The notes beneath the pieces are model-generated. The model worked only from the letters and a program-made list of their open reading frames with translations. It had not been told where the DNA came from and ran no database searches. The position numbers and the translations under genes were made by a program. A stretch of 64,000 nucleotides of DNA, taken from the NCBI GenBank assembly GCA_963830455.1, contig CAWHMT010000004.1, positions 39,431 through 103,430 of the forward strand, in the 5' to 3' direction. Positions 26,594-36,916 of the stretch are shown here, one piece after another. Every line of letters begins with the position of its first letter. Within the stretch, counting starts at the first letter, position 1. Origin of the DNA: an uncultured Gemmatimonadales bacterium. GTDB lineage: Bacteria > Gemmatimonadota > Gemmatimonadetes > Gemmatimonadales > GWC2-71-9.

Positions 26594-28386
26594 CAGTAGT
26601 CCACCGGTCTCAGATAGAACTCCCCAATCGCCGTCTGTGACACGACCGCGACCGTGGGCAAGCGCCGCTTCCAATGGGTGGAATCGAGGCGCTTACGCAC
26701 GATGTCGACGGCCTCCTTGCCGAAGCCCTTCGGCTCCTCGCCGCGGATCAAATGGTAGAGGACGCGGTCCGCGATCGCGTACGACACGCCCAGGTCGCCT
26801 TCGTCCGTCTGGCCTTTGATGAGATCGGCCGTCGCGGGCTTGTCGACGATTGCTTCCGGCACCCCCACGTGTCGCGCCAGTTCCCACACCTGCGTCTTGA
26901 ACAGATCGCCCAGAGGATTCACCGGCGGCGCATCGTCGCCGTGCCAGGTGAAGTAGCCGAGCAAGCGCTCCGATTTGTTGCTGGTGCCGAGCGGCAGCGC
27001 TTTGTGCAGGGCGGAGAGATCGAACAGGACGATCATGCGCTCGCGCGCCATGATGTTGCCGAGGCGGTGCGGATCCGCGCCGCCGATCTGCTTGATGTAG
27101 CCGTCGACTGCGCCGGAGATGTCGATCGTGACGGATTGGATACCGAGCTTGTCGATGACGAGTTGCGCGTGGCCGAGACTGTCGGGACTCGAGGTGCGGT
27201 ACGGCATGCGCACCCCGATCACGTTTTCAGGACCCAGGGCCTCCGCGGCGAGGAACGCGGTGAGCGCCGAATCGACACCGCCCGACAGCCCGACCAATCC
27301 CTTCGTGAAGCCGCGGCGGCGGAGCACTTCGTCCTTGAGAAAACTCACTAACCAACGCCTGGTCAGCTCCGGGTCGATTCGGAGCGCATCTGCCTCATTG
27401 AGTCTTGAGGCGTGCAAGGGCGTGGAACTGCGTGAAGCGGTGTGGGGAGTGGGGCTGCCGTTCGTGGCGGGGTCGAATTTCACTTTCTGCGAATGCTTGT
27501 CGCCGCTCAGGCTCTTGGTCAGCACGGGCAACGCACTCTGCAGATCGGACAGCAACGGCGAGTCGGAGCGCGCGGTCGTGAGCGAGTCGAGATCGATCTC
27601 GGCCGTGACCAGCGCTTCCTCGAACAGCGGCCCGCGCGCGATGACCCTGCCGGTCGGATCGATGACGGCTGACGCTCCCGGGAAGCCCTTGCCGCCCTCG
27701 AACCCCACGAGATTGGCCAGGGCGACGAACACGCCGTGTTCCTCGGCGATGCCGCGCACGATCCGCTCCCAGCGCACGACCGATGCGGGCAGCGTCTCGT
27801 CCTTGCAGTCGGCCTCCTCACCCAGCCCGCGTGCCGGCGACGCGCTCGGCACAATCAAAAGCTGCGCTCCCTCGAGAGCGGCGACGGTCGCGGCCAGCGA
27901 GTGCCACGCATCTTCGCAAATCAGAATCGCTGCCTTCCCCCCCCAGCCGGTCTCGAACGAGCGCACACCGTCCTGCCCGCGATCGACGAACCGCTCTTCA
28001 TCGAAGACCCCGTAGGTCGGCAGGAACACCTTGCGATGGACGTGACGCACCTCCGGCTGCTTCCCGCTCTCCCCCAGCGTCACGTACAGTCCGGAATTGT
28101 AGATGTGGTTCTGGAATCGCTCGTAGAATCCGACCACTACGTCGATCGGGGGACCGTTGTAAGCGGCCGCGAGATCGCGAGCCAGTGTGCCGGCCGTGAC
28201 CGCCAGCTCCTGCACGCCGCCTTCGACGAAGTAGCCCGACGTGGCCGTCTCGGGAAAGACGACCAGGTCGGGCTTGGGATCGAGCTGCGCCGCCTGGCTC
28301 ACGACCGCGCCGATGCGCGCGACGTTCTGGGCGTACTCACCCTTGGTAGGACGGAACTGTGCCAGCGCGATGCGGATGTGCGCCAT
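26593..28386 (-). CDS. nadE: glutamine-dependent NAD+ synthetase (CN-hydrolase + NAD synthetase domains)
   Basis: 597 aa. Nitrilase-type domain (LVVFPETATSGY, AILICEDAWH) and PP-loop GLSGGVDSALTA. The two domains are joined by an unusually long Ser/Pro/Thr linker. Confidence 0.9.
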   Translation of the reverse strand: MAHIRIALAQFRPTKGEYAQNVARIGAVVSQAAQLDPKPDLVVFPETATSGYFVEGGVQELAVTAGTLARDLAAAYNGPPIDVVVGFYERFQNHIYNSGLYVTLGESGKQPEVRHVHRKVFLPTYGVFDEERFVDRGQDGVRSFETGWGGKAAILICEDAWHSLAATVAALEGAQLLIVPSASPARGLGEEADCKDETLPASVVRWERIVRGIAEEHGVFVALANLVGFEGGKGFPGASAVIDPTGRVIARGPLFEEALVTAEIDLDSLTTARSDSPLLSDLQSALPVLTKSLSGDKHSQKVKFDPATNGSPTPHTASRSSTPLHASRLNEADALRIDPELTRRWLVSFLKDEVLRRRGFTKGLVGLSGGVDSALTAFLAAEALGPENVIGVRMPYRTSSPDSLGHAQLVIDKLGIQSVTIDISGAVDGYIKQIGGADPHRLGNIMARERMIVLFDLSALHKALPLGTSNKSERLLGYFTWHGDDAPPVNPLGDLFKTQVWELARHVGVPEAIVDKPATADLIKGQTDEGDLGVSYAIADRVLYHLIRGEEPKGFGKEAVDIVRKRLDSTHWKRRLPTVAVVSQTAIGEFYLRPVDY

Positions 28387-28410
28387 GCTGGAAAGATATT
28401 AGCTTCCAGC

Positions 28411-28464
28411 AGGCGATGGAGTTCGCCTTCAACCGCCCTGTTCACGGGCTAATGACTCCTACCT
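28411..28464 (+). promoter_or_regulatory. fluoride riboswitch (crcB RNA motif)
   Basis: AGGCGAUGGAGUUCGCCUUCAACCGCCCUGUUCACGGGCUAAUGACUCCUACC. It matches the conserved GGCGAUGGnnUUCGCC ... AACCGCC ... CUAAUGAnUCCUAC pattern and sits directly upstream of crcB. Confidence 0.85.
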
Positions 28465-28489
28465 GAACCACTTACGGCAGGAGTTTTTG
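28456..28489 (+). terminator. riboswitch expression platform: terminator/RBS-sequestering hairpin
   Basis: CTCCTACC (28456-63) pairs with GGCAGGAG (28476-83) with one mismatch, followed by TTTTT. The 5' arm overlaps the conserved 3' end of the aptamer and the 3' arm contains the AGGAG RBS. Confidence 0.5.
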
Positions 28490-28490
28490 T

Positions 28491-28865
28491 CTGACCATCC
28501 TCTACATCGCCCTGGGCGGCATCGCCGGCACGTTGTCGCGCTACGGGCTCGAAGGCTGGATTCAGAGCCGAACCACGAGCGGCTTCCCGCTGGGCACGCT
28601 GATCGTGAACCTCGCCGGATCGCTCCTCCTCGGCTTCATCCTGCGTCTCGCGACCGGCGCCACGCTGATCACGCCCGATCTGCGCGCGGGACTCACAATC
28701 GGGTTCTGCGGCGCCTTTACCACGATGAGTACGTTCAGCTACGAGAGTGTCACGCTGCTCCATGGCGGCGATTATCTGCGGGCGGCCGGGTACATGACTG
28801 CCACCATTGGAGGCTGCGTGGTCGCTGTGGTTGCCGGCACCGCGCTGGCCGACAGACTCCTCTGA
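28491..28865 (+). CDS. crcB: fluoride ion channel CrcB/FluC
   Basis: LTILYIALGGIAGTLSRYGLEGW...GTLIVNLAGSLLLGF...GFCGAFTTMSTFSYE. There is no ATG/GTG in frame: candidates are CTG 28491 or TTG 28533 (truncating). Alternatively TTG 28487 in the +2 frame (MSD...) could join after a 1-nt slip. Confidence 0.8.
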   Translation: MTILYIALGGIAGTLSRYGLEGWIQSRTTSGFPLGTLIVNLAGSLLLGFILRLATGATLITPDLRAGLTIGFCGAFTTMSTFSYESVTLLHGGDYLRAAGYMTATIGGCVVAVVAGTALADRLL

Positions 28866-28874
28866 GGTCCTGCC

Positions 28875-29219
28875 ATGACTGAGAAATTTCGCGGTGAGCG
28901 CACGCTGATGCGCGTGTTCATCGGGGAGAGCGATAAGTACCACGGCAAACCGCTTTACGAGGCGCTGCTCGAACGCTTTCGCAGCAAGGGACTCGCCGGC
29001 GCGACGGTGCTGCGCGGCGTGGCAGGCTTCGGCGCGTCGAGCAAGCTGCACACCGACAAGGTGCTGCGTCTCTCGATCGATCTACCCATCATCATCGAGG
29101 TAGTCGAAACCGACGAGGTGATTCAGGGCATACTCCCGGACCTGAGCGAGATGATCGGTGGAGGCCTGATCACTCTCGAGAAGGCGAACGTGATTCTGTA
29201 CCGGCCGGGATCCAGCTGA
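28875..29219 (+). CDS. DUF190 domain-containing protein (frequent crcB/fluoride-riboswitch partner)
   Basis: 114 aa. LMRVFIGESDKYHGKPLYEALLERFRSKGLAGATVLRGVAGFG. Confidence 0.8.
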   Translation: MTEKFRGERTLMRVFIGESDKYHGKPLYEALLERFRSKGLAGATVLRGVAGFGASSKLHTDKVLRLSIDLPIIIEVVETDEVIQGILPDLSEMIGGGLITLEKANVILYRPGSS

Positions 29220-30489
29220 GGCCCCACGCCGCGACCAGCACTCCCACCGCGATCAGCACGAGGCCGTGTTGGTTGATCGCCGTGCCTGCGAGCAGCGCGA
29301 CATAGACCGCAATGAAGAGCGCCGGCACAAACGGATACAGCGGCACCCGAAACGGCGCGTCCGGTTGGCGCGCGCGAAGCACGAACAACGATGCCGCGGT
29401 CGCCCCGTCGATCAGCAGAATCAGGGCGATCGCTAGCGCGAGCAACTGCGTGAACGTGCCGCTCGCCGCCAACGCCATCGACACGGCGCCGATCAGCGCC
29501 GTGGCCGTCCACGGCGTGGCACCGGCGTTCACCCGCGTCAACACAGCGGGGCCGAGCCCGTCGCGCGCCAGGCCAAAGATCACGCGGGGCGTCACGAAGA
29601 TATTCCCGTTGAGCGACGCCAGCACGACGAGCAGCGCCAGCACCGCCATGATCACGCCACCGCGGGCGCCGAACACAGCCGTCGCCACGTCGCCCGCCAC
29701 GAGATTCGACGCGGCGATCTGCGCGAACGGCAGCACGTGCAGGAACGCCGCGTTCAACAGGAGATACAGCGCCGTCACGATGGCGATCCCGAGCAGGAAC
29801 ACGCGCGGCAGCGTGCGGCCGGGATCCACGACCTCCTCGGCGATCTTCGCGGCATCCACCGAGCCGTAGTAGGACCAGATGACCGACTGCGCCGCGACGG
29901 CGAGCGCCGCGAACAGCGCGCCGCCCGTCGGCGCGCCCGGCAACGTCCCGTGCCACCCGGCTCCGGTTCCGGCGGCGAACGCAAGCACGACAACCGCGGC
30001 GAGTGCGAGCACCTTGGCGGCGGTGATGACATTTTGCGCCCACCGCCCGGAGCTCACGCCCAGGAGGTTGATGCCGGTGAACCCGCCGACGAGCGCGACG
30101 GCAATCCAGCGAACGCTCCCGGCCGGCCAGCCCGCGATACGCGCGATGAACTCGGCGCCGGCCACGCCGATCGCCGCGATCGCGACAGTATAGATCGCCA
30201 GCCCCTCGACCCAACCGACGACAAACCCAGCGCGCCGGCCAAACGCCTCGCGCGCGTACACGTACTTGCCCCCCGCGCGCGGATGGCGCGTGGCCAGCTC
30301 GGCGAAGACGAGCGCGCCCAGTAGCGCGAGTACACCGCCGAGCAGCCAGGCGACGAACGTGAGCCACGGCCGGCCCAGCTCCCGCGCCACGAGCCCCGGC
30401 GTCCGGAAGATTCCGGAGCCGATCATGATCCCGACGATCATCGCGAGACCGTCGAAAACACGAAGCGACCGTTTCAGCTCAGTGCTCAC
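29170..30489 (-). CDS. APC-family amino acid permease
   Basis: 439 aa, about 12 TM. MSTELKRSLRVFDGLAMIVGIMIGSGIFRTPG. 50-nt convergent overlap with the DUF190 gene. Confidence 0.85.
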   Translation of the reverse strand: MSTELKRSLRVFDGLAMIVGIMIGSGIFRTPGLVARELGRPWLTFVAWLLGGVLALLGALVFAELATRHPRAGGKYVYAREAFGRRAGFVVGWVEGLAIYTVAIAAIGVAGAEFIARIAGWPAGSVRWIAVALVGGFTGINLLGVSSGRWAQNVITAAKVLALAAVVVLAFAAGTGAGWHGTLPGAPTGGALFAALAVAAQSVIWSYYGSVDAAKIAEEVVDPGRTLPRVFLLGIAIVTALYLLLNAAFLHVLPFAQIAASNLVAGDVATAVFGARGGVIMAVLALLVVLASLNGNIFVTPRVIFGLARDGLGPAVLTRVNAGATPWTATALIGAVSMALAASGTFTQLLALAIALILLIDGATAASLFVLRARQPDAPFRVPLYPFVPALFIAVYVALLAGTAINQHGLVLIAVGVLVAAWGLSWIPAGTESRSPSRE

Positions 30490-30531
30490 GGGCCGAAACG
30501 GTCGCTTCGAAAGGCGGGTTGTGCTAGGTGA

Positions 30532-31068
30532 TCAATGGAACGTCACACCAAGCGCGAAATGATAGAAGTTCTGGCTGAAGCCGTCCGTGGGGTGACCGTA
30601 GACCCACTGCAGGTTCGGCACGATGGAGATGTTCGTGCCCACGCGCAGGTCATATCCGGCACCGAGCGTAAATCCTGGACCCGTCTCGCCAGCACTGAGG
30701 CCGCTGCCGCTAATCTCGACGCGCGACAACCCCACACCGCCATTGAGGAATAACCCGCCGGCCGGCTTGGGATAGTAATACGCGTTGAAGGTGAGGTTCC
30801 CAGCGGTCAGCGTCTCGCCGCTTTCTGACTTGCTCCACGCGACTGTTTCACCGCCGAGCAGCAGGTGAGGACTCACCGTTCCGCCCAGCTTGATGTAACC
30901 GGTGTAAGAGGATGTGTTATCGCAGTCGGTGCAGGAATACGTACCGTAGCCAAAGCCGAAGCCGATCCAGAACCCTTTTCGTGTTTGTGGCTTTTGCGCC
31001 GACGCCGCCGACGTGCCGAGCAGCAGCAGGACGGTCGCCATCGCAATGCCGCGCGAGATGTACCGCAT
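30532..31068 (-). CDS. small outer-membrane beta-barrel protein
   Basis: Start chosen at ATG 31068 (MRYISRGIAMATVLLLLGTSAASAQ signal). Alternating beta-strand pattern; C-terminus HFALGVTFH. Confidence 0.7.
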   Translation of the reverse strand: MRYISRGIAMATVLLLLGTSAASAQKPQTRKGFWIGFGFGYGTYSCTDCDNTSSYTGYIKLGGTVSPHLLLGGETVAWSKSESGETLTAGNLTFNAYYYPKPAGGLFLNGGVGLSRVEISGSGLSAGETGPGFTLGAGYDLRVGTNISIVPNLQWVYGHPTDGFSQNFYHFALGVTFH

Positions 31069-31171
31069 TAGTTCCCCCGAGGGTAGGAGACCGGCCACAA
31101 TATTTGAGATTTGCTCGCTGGATGCCAGCGAATCATGGAACTCGTTGAGATGCATGGGTATGTTGGAATCC

Positions 31172-33477
31172 ATGCGTCTTTCACTCCGATTCGTCGTCCC
31201 GCTCCTCGTTGCCCTCGGCATCTTCGCCTATGCGGCGCTGCCCCTCGCGGACGGGCTGATGCTGCGCTGGTTCAGCCGCGATCTCGACATCCGCGCCAAC
31301 TTCGTCGCTCATGCGGTCGAGGAGCCGCTCCAGGATCTGCTGCGGGCAGGAAACCGGCGGCGCATCCTACAGTTCTTCACGCGGATCACACAGGACGAGC
31401 GGCTGCTGGCCGTGGGATTCTGCCCGGCGGACGGCAGCGAGCCGATCGCGACCCCCACATTCCCCAAAGAGGTGACGTGCGCCACGCTGGACCGGTTCGC
31501 GAATGCCAGCGGCGGGCTGCTACAGCCCCAGCAGGGGCCAGTCAAAGTGTCGGTGCGGCGGATCGCCGCCGAGCCTACCGCGCCGGTCGCGAATCTCGGC
31601 CGCCTTGTGCTCGTCCACGACATGAGCTTCATCGCCCGGCGCAGCCGCGAAACGCGCGAGTACCTCTTCCTCTTCTTCGTGGGTCTCGGGCTGGTCGTCG
31701 CCCTGATCACCGTATTCATCGCGCAGCTTTCCTGGCGCGGTTGGGTGCAGGGCCTGCAGGCGCTGCTGCGCGGCGAAGGGGCTGATTGTCCCGCCTGGAC
31801 GGCCGGGTGTGCGCGGGTTTGCGAGCGCTCCGGCCGAGCTGCGTCCGATCGCGAAGGATCTACGCGCCCTGATCGACGATCTCGAGGCCAACCATCGCTC
31901 TCGCGACGAAGATCAGCTCGTGTGGACGCCGGACACGCTGCGCCAGATTCTGGATCGCGAGCTGCGCGGCCAGGAGGTGATCGTCGTCTCCAACCGAGAA
32001 CCCTACATTCACGTACGGCCGGGCCACGAGATCGAGGTGCGCCGCCCCGCGAGCGGTCTGGTCACCGCGCTCGAGCCAATCATGCGCGCCTGCTCGGGTA
32101 CCTGGATCGCGCACGGCGGTGGCAGCGCGGACCGCGACGTCGTGGACCGGCACGATCGCATCGCCGTGCCGCCGCCACCCGAGACGCCCGCCTATCAGCT
32201 GCGCCGAGTCTGGCTGACGCCCGAAGAAGAAGCGGGCTACTACTACGGTTTTGCCAACGAGGGCCTCTGGCCGCTGTGCCACATCGCCCATGTGCGCCCG
32301 ATCTTCCGCACCAGCGACTGGGAGCAGTACGTCAAGGTCAACCGCAAGTTCGCGAGCACCGTGAAGCAGGAAGCGCAGTCGGACGATCCGATCGTGCTCG
32401 TACAGGATTATCACCTCGCGTTGCTACCGCGCATGATCAAAGAATTGCTGCCGGACGCGACGATCATCTCGTTCTGGCACATTCCCTGGCCGAACCCCGA
32501 AGCGTTCGCCATCTGCCCCTGGCGCGAGGAGCTGCTGGACGGCCTGCTCGGCAGTAACATCCTCGGCTTTCACACGCAATTCCACGTGAACAACTTCGTG
32601 GACACCGTGGACCGGCTGCTCGAGGCCCGCGTGGACCGGGAGATCTTCGCGGTGACCTATCGCGGGAAACCGACGACGGTGCGGCGCTACCCGATCAGCG
32701 TCGAATGGCCGCCACCGGCCGAGGTGCTGGCAAAGCCGGTCGAGCAGTGCCGCACCGAGGTGCGCCAGCGCAACAACCTCCCGCCTGAGCATGCGCTCGG
32801 CGTCGGCGTCGAGCGGCTCGACTACACGAAGGGCATCGAGGAACGGTTCCGCGCGGTGGAGCGACTCATGGAGCTCGAGCCGCGCTGGATCGGGAAGTTC
32901 ACGTTCATTCAAATCGCGGCGCCTTCACGCAGTCGCATCGAGGAGTATCGCGCGTATGAAGAAAGGGTGCGCGCGTTGGCGACCCGGATCAACCAGCGCT
33001 TCCCCGAGGCGCTGCATCCGCCGATCATCCTGAAGGTGGAGCACCACCAGCCCGATGAGATCTTCGAGTACTATCGGGCCGCCGACATCTGCATGGTGAC
33101 GAGCTTGCACGACGGCATGAACCTCGTCGCCAAGGAGTTCGTGTCGGCGCGCGATGACGAGCGCGGCGTCCTGATTCTCAGCCTGTTCACGGGCGCGGCA
33201 CGCGAGTTGCCCGAAGCGCTGATCGTGAACCCGTACGACACCGACCAGTGCGCGGGCGCGCTGCAGCTGGGGCTGACGATGCGCAGCGCCGAGCAGCGCA
33301 CGCGCATGCGCCTGATGCGCGGCCTGCTCCAGGACTTCAACGTGTTCCGCTGGGCCGGACGCATGTTGATGGATGCGGCCGGCGATGCGCCGCCGCGGCC
33401 GCCTGCCCGACGTCGTCACCGTGCGCGGGACGGAGCGGAAGCTGGGATTGTTCGCCAGGCTAATGGGACGACGGTGA
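31172..33477 (+). pseudogene. otsA: trehalose-6-phosphate synthase (GT20) with N-terminal two-TM extracytoplasmic domain; two frameshifts
   Basis: N-terminus MRLSLRFVVPLLVALGIFAYAAL...LFLFFVGLGLVVALITVFIAQL...LLRGEG. Shift in GGGG 31778-81 to GLIVPPGRPGVRGFASAPAELRPIAKDL...VIVVSNREPY...GFANEGLWPLCH...LVQDYHL... A second shift near 33377-33385 gives ...MLMDAA then AMRRRGRLPDVVTVRGTERKLGLFARLMGRR-TGA (33475-77). Confidence 0.75.
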
Positions 33478-34208
33478 GCGAGGCGCGCCGCCCCCCCCGG
33501 CGCCGCAGTGCGACTGGGCGTATTTCTTCGACATCGACGGCACGCTCGTCGATTTCGCCGACACGCCCACCGCCGTGCACGTGAGCGACGACGTGCGCCG
33601 CCTGCTGGAACACCTCTACGAGTGCGCCGGCGGCGCGGTGGCGTTGATGAGCGGCCGGGCGATCAGCGAGGTCGATCGCCTGTTTCCCGACCGTGCGCAT
33701 GCCGGTCGCGGGCCAGCACGGCGTGGAACGGCGCAACGCCGCCGGCGTGTACAGCCGGCACGCGCCGCCGACCGAGCGCTTCGAGCAGGCGCGCCAGCAC
33801 CTCCATGCCGCGATCGCCGGCAAGCCCGGGCTGCTGCTCGAGGACAAGGGCGTCTCGCTCGCGCTGCATTACCGTCGCGTTCCCGAGCTGGCCGACTTCG
33901 TGCAGCGGACGATGCGGGAGGTCCTGCCGCAGTTCGACGGCCAATACAGCCTGCAGCTCGGCAAAAGCGTCGTCGAGATGAAGCCTGCGGGGAAGGACAA
34001 GGGACTCGCCGTGCTCGAGTTTCTGGAGGAGCCGCCATTCGCCGGCCGCACGCCCGTGTTCGTGGGAGACGATGAGACCGATGAATATGGTTTTCACGTG
34101 GTCAACCGCGTCGGCGGGTACTCGATCAAGGTCGGCGCGGGTGTGACCGCGGCGCGGTGGCGCCTGCCCGACGTGGAGGCGGTACGCCAGTGGCTTCGCT
34201 CGATCTAG
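33474..34208 (+). pseudogene. otsB: trehalose-6-phosphate phosphatase (HAD family); two frameshifts
   Basis: GTG 33474 (GTGA overlap with the otsA stop): MSEARRPP. Shift inside C8 run 33491-98 gives APQCDWAYFFDIDGTLVDF...ALMSGRAISEVDRLFPD. Shift near 33685-33700 gives MPVAGQHGVERR...VFVGDDETDEYGF... Confidence 0.7.
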
Positions 34209-35990
34209 CACTCATCGGGAACGGGACGATCGGCGCGCTCATCGATCCCGCGGGCGAGATCACGTGGGCCTGTTTCCCGCGCTTCGATGGCGATCCCATG
34301 TTCTGCTCCCTGCTCAAGCCCCCCCGCCCCCCGCGCGGGGGGCCGGACGACATCGGATTCTTCGCCGTCGAGCTGCTCGACTGTGCCACGACCGAGCAGC
34401 GCTACCTGCAAAACACACCAGTGGTGGTCACGCGCCTGACCGACGCCGCCGGCGGCGCTGTCGAAATCACTGATTTCGCACCGCGCTTCGAGCACCACGG
34501 CCGGATCTTCTGTCCGATGATGCTGGTGCGGCGCGTGCAGCGCATCGCGGGACACCCCCGCATTCGCGTGCGCGCGCGGCCGGCGCAGAACTACGGCCAG
34601 CCGCTGACCGGCACGACCTCCGGCAGCAACCACATTCGCTACATCGGGAACGGCCTCGTGCTCCGGCTCACCAGCGACGCACCCATCACCGCGGTCCTCG
34701 AGGAGAATCCGTTCTTCGTCGACGACGCCGTGACCCTCGTCCTGGGTCCGGACGAAACGCTCCAGGATCGCGCCGACGACGTCGGCCAGCGCTTCCTGTC
34801 CGAGACCATGGCGTACTGGCGCGAACTGGGTCCGCTCGCTCGCCATTCCGTTCGAGTGGCAGGATGCCGTGATCCGCGCGGCCATCACGTTGAAGCTGAA
34901 CGTGTTCGAGGACACCGGCGCGATCATTGCGGCCGTCACGACCTCCATTCCCGAATCGGCGGACACCAGTCGGAACTGGGATTACCGCTATTGCTGGCTG
35001 CGCGACGCGTATTTCGTGGTGAACGCCCTGAACCGGCTCGGCGCGACGCAGACGATGGAGCGCTACCTGGGCTTCATTCGCAACGTCGTCGCCGACGGCA
35101 CCGACCGGCCACTCGATCCCGTGTACACCGTCACAGGACACCGGCTGCCGCCCGAGCGCGTCGTGGAGTCGCTGCCCGGCTATCGCGGCATCGGCCCCGT
35201 GCGCGTGGGCAATCAGGCCTCCGAGCAGTCGCAGCACGACGTGTACGGCTCGTCTATCCTCGCCGCGACCCATGTCTTTTACGACCGCCGGCTGATCCGG
35301 CAGGGCGACGAAGCGCTGTTCCGGCGCCTCGAGCCGCTGGGGGAGCGTGCCTACCAGTTGTACGACAAGCCCGACGCCGGTTTGTGGGAGCTGCGCGGCA
35401 GCACGCACGTCCATACCTTCTCGGCCGTGATGTGCTGGGTGGGGTGCGAGCGCCTGGGTCGCATCGCCACACACCTCGGCCTCACCGACCGCGCCACGCA
35501 CTGGTGCCAGCGCGCCACCGAGATGCACGAGGTGATTTCCCGCCGGGCCTGGAATGAAAAGCTGGGCACCTTCGTCGCCACGTTCGACGGCGACACCCTC
35601 GACGCCAGCCTGCTGCAGCTGAACGAGCTGTTCTTCGTCGCGGACGGCGACCCGCGCTTCGTCGCGACCGTGCGCGCTATCGGCAAGCAGCTCAGGCGGG
35701 GGGACTTCGTGTTTCGGTATACCACGCCGGACGATTTCGGCACTCCGTCGAACGCGTTTCTGGTCTGCTCGTTCTGGTACATCAACGCGCTTGCCGCGAT
35801 CGGTGATCGAGATGAAGCCCGCAGGATCTTCGAGTACCTCCTGGCATGCCGCAACCGGCACGGCTTGCTGGCTGAGCACATCGATCCGAAGACGCGCGAG
35901 CAGTGGGGAAACTTCGTGCAGACGTACAGCATGGTGGGACTGGTCAGCTCGGCGATACGACTGTCACAGAGGTGGGACCAGGCTTTCTAA
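34190..35990 (+). pseudogene. GH15 glycoside hydrolase (glucoamylase/trehalase-type); one frameshift
   Basis: GTG 34190: VASLDLALIGNGTIGALIDPAGEITWACFPRFDGDPMF...ETMAYWRE. Shift near 34823-34830 gives WVRSLAIPFEWQDAVIRAAITLKL...SRNWDYRYCWLRDAYF... and continues to the stop at 35988-90. Confidence 0.75.
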
Positions 35991-35992
35991 AA

Positions 35993-36108
35993 GCGGGGCA
36001 ATGCAACGGCTAGGCCACAGACGCACCGCGGGCCCCAGTCATCAGTAAACGGGACTAGCCCCGCAACGATTGTCCCGTTGACGTAGACTAGTCTTTGCAT
36101 GTCCGCGC
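35993..36108. repeat. palindromic element copy C (two inverted arms, 18-nt loop; right arm internally deleted)
   Basis: GCGGGGCAATGCAACGGCTAGGCCACAGACGCACCGCGGGCCCCAGTCATCAGTAAACGGGA - loop - TCCCGTTGACGTAGACTAGTCTTTGCATGTCCGCGC. It fills the gap between the convergent stops of GH15 (35990) and the tupA-like gene (36113). Confidence 0.8.
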
Positions 36109-36112
36109 TTTC

Positions 36113-36916
36113 CTACCATCGATCGACCTTTCCAGCATCCGGGATGAATAGTGGTTGACCGAATCTGGTCGTGCCGAATCTGCCCATGAGCTCCTGAGCT
36201 TCCGGCGATACAAAGAAATCGGCGAGCGCCCGCGCCGCCGGTCCGGCGTCCGGGACTTCCATGATGTGGTAGACGTTGTGGAACAGCGTGTCCCCTTCCA
36301 CCAGCGGCACCAGCTCGAGCTTCGCTTGCCAGACGAGAAACGTCCCGCGATCGCTGATCGTGTACGCGTGCTTCTCGTCGGCCATCTGCAGTGTGGCCGC
36401 CATGCCCTGCCCCGCCTCGACGTACCACCCACCGGGCGGCGGCGGCTCGAGCCCGGCGAGTCTCCAAAGCTTCTGCTCGAAGATGTGGGTCCCCGAGCGA
36501 TCGCCGCGCGAAACGAAGGGCGCGTGGGCGTCCGCCACCATGCGCAGCGCCGTCACGGGATCGTGCAGCCCCCGTAGTCTTGCCGGATCATTCGCAGGGC
36601 CGACAAACAAGAAATCATTGTGCATGACGATCCGCCGGCGCACGAAATTGCCCGAATCGACCTGGGCACGTTCGATCTCGGGCGCGTGCACGAGCACGAT
36701 CTCTGCGTCGCCGCGCCGCGCCATCGCGATCGCCTGCCCGGTTCCGACCGCGACGACTTTGACCTTGTAGCCGGTTCGCTGCTCAAACAGGGGGAGCAGC
36801 GAGTCCAGAAGGCCGGTGTCGCGCGTGGACGTTGTAGTGGCGAGAAGAACGTCCTGGCGCCGGGATGGCGCAGCGCACGACAGGAGCAGCAGTCCCGTTA
36901 ACCAGAGCCTGTTCAC
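36113..36916 (-). CDS. TupA-like (tungstate-type) periplasmic substrate-binding protein, lipoprotein
   Basis: 267 aa. Signal/lipobox LLLLSCAA. Hallmark LLATTTSTRDTGLLDSLLPLFE and KVVAVGTGQAIAMARRGDAEIVLVHAP. No adjacent permease or ATPase. Confidence 0.7.
   Translation of the reverse strand: MNRLWLTGLLLLSCAAPSRRQDVLLATTTSTRDTGLLDSLLPLFEQRTGYKVKVVAVGTGQAIAMARRGDAEIVLVHAPEIERAQVDSGNFVRRRIVMHNDFLFVGPANDPARLRGLHDPVTALRMVADAHAPFVSRGDRSGTHIFEQKLWRLAGLEPPPPGGWYVEAGQGMAATLQMADEKHAYTISDRGTFLVWQAKLELVPLVEGDTLFHNVYHIMEVPDAGPAARALADFFVSPEAQELMGRFGTTRFGQPLFIPDAGKVDRW

Noticed and set aside
31013-31171. Upstream extension of the otsA ORF (track ORF starts at 31013)
   Set aside because: It would overlap the divergent outer-membrane protein gene start (31068) and adds no hydrophobic or conserved sequence. 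The TM-helix N-terminus begins at ATG 31172 (alternatives 31154 and 31160).
35993-36108. Palindromic elements as integron attC sites or as a CRISPR array
   Set aside because: They have no GTTRRRY/RYYYAAC core sites, and no integrase or cas genes are nearby. The copies are dispersed, in mixed orientation, and lack regular unique spacers, so the CRISPR and attC interpretations do not fit.
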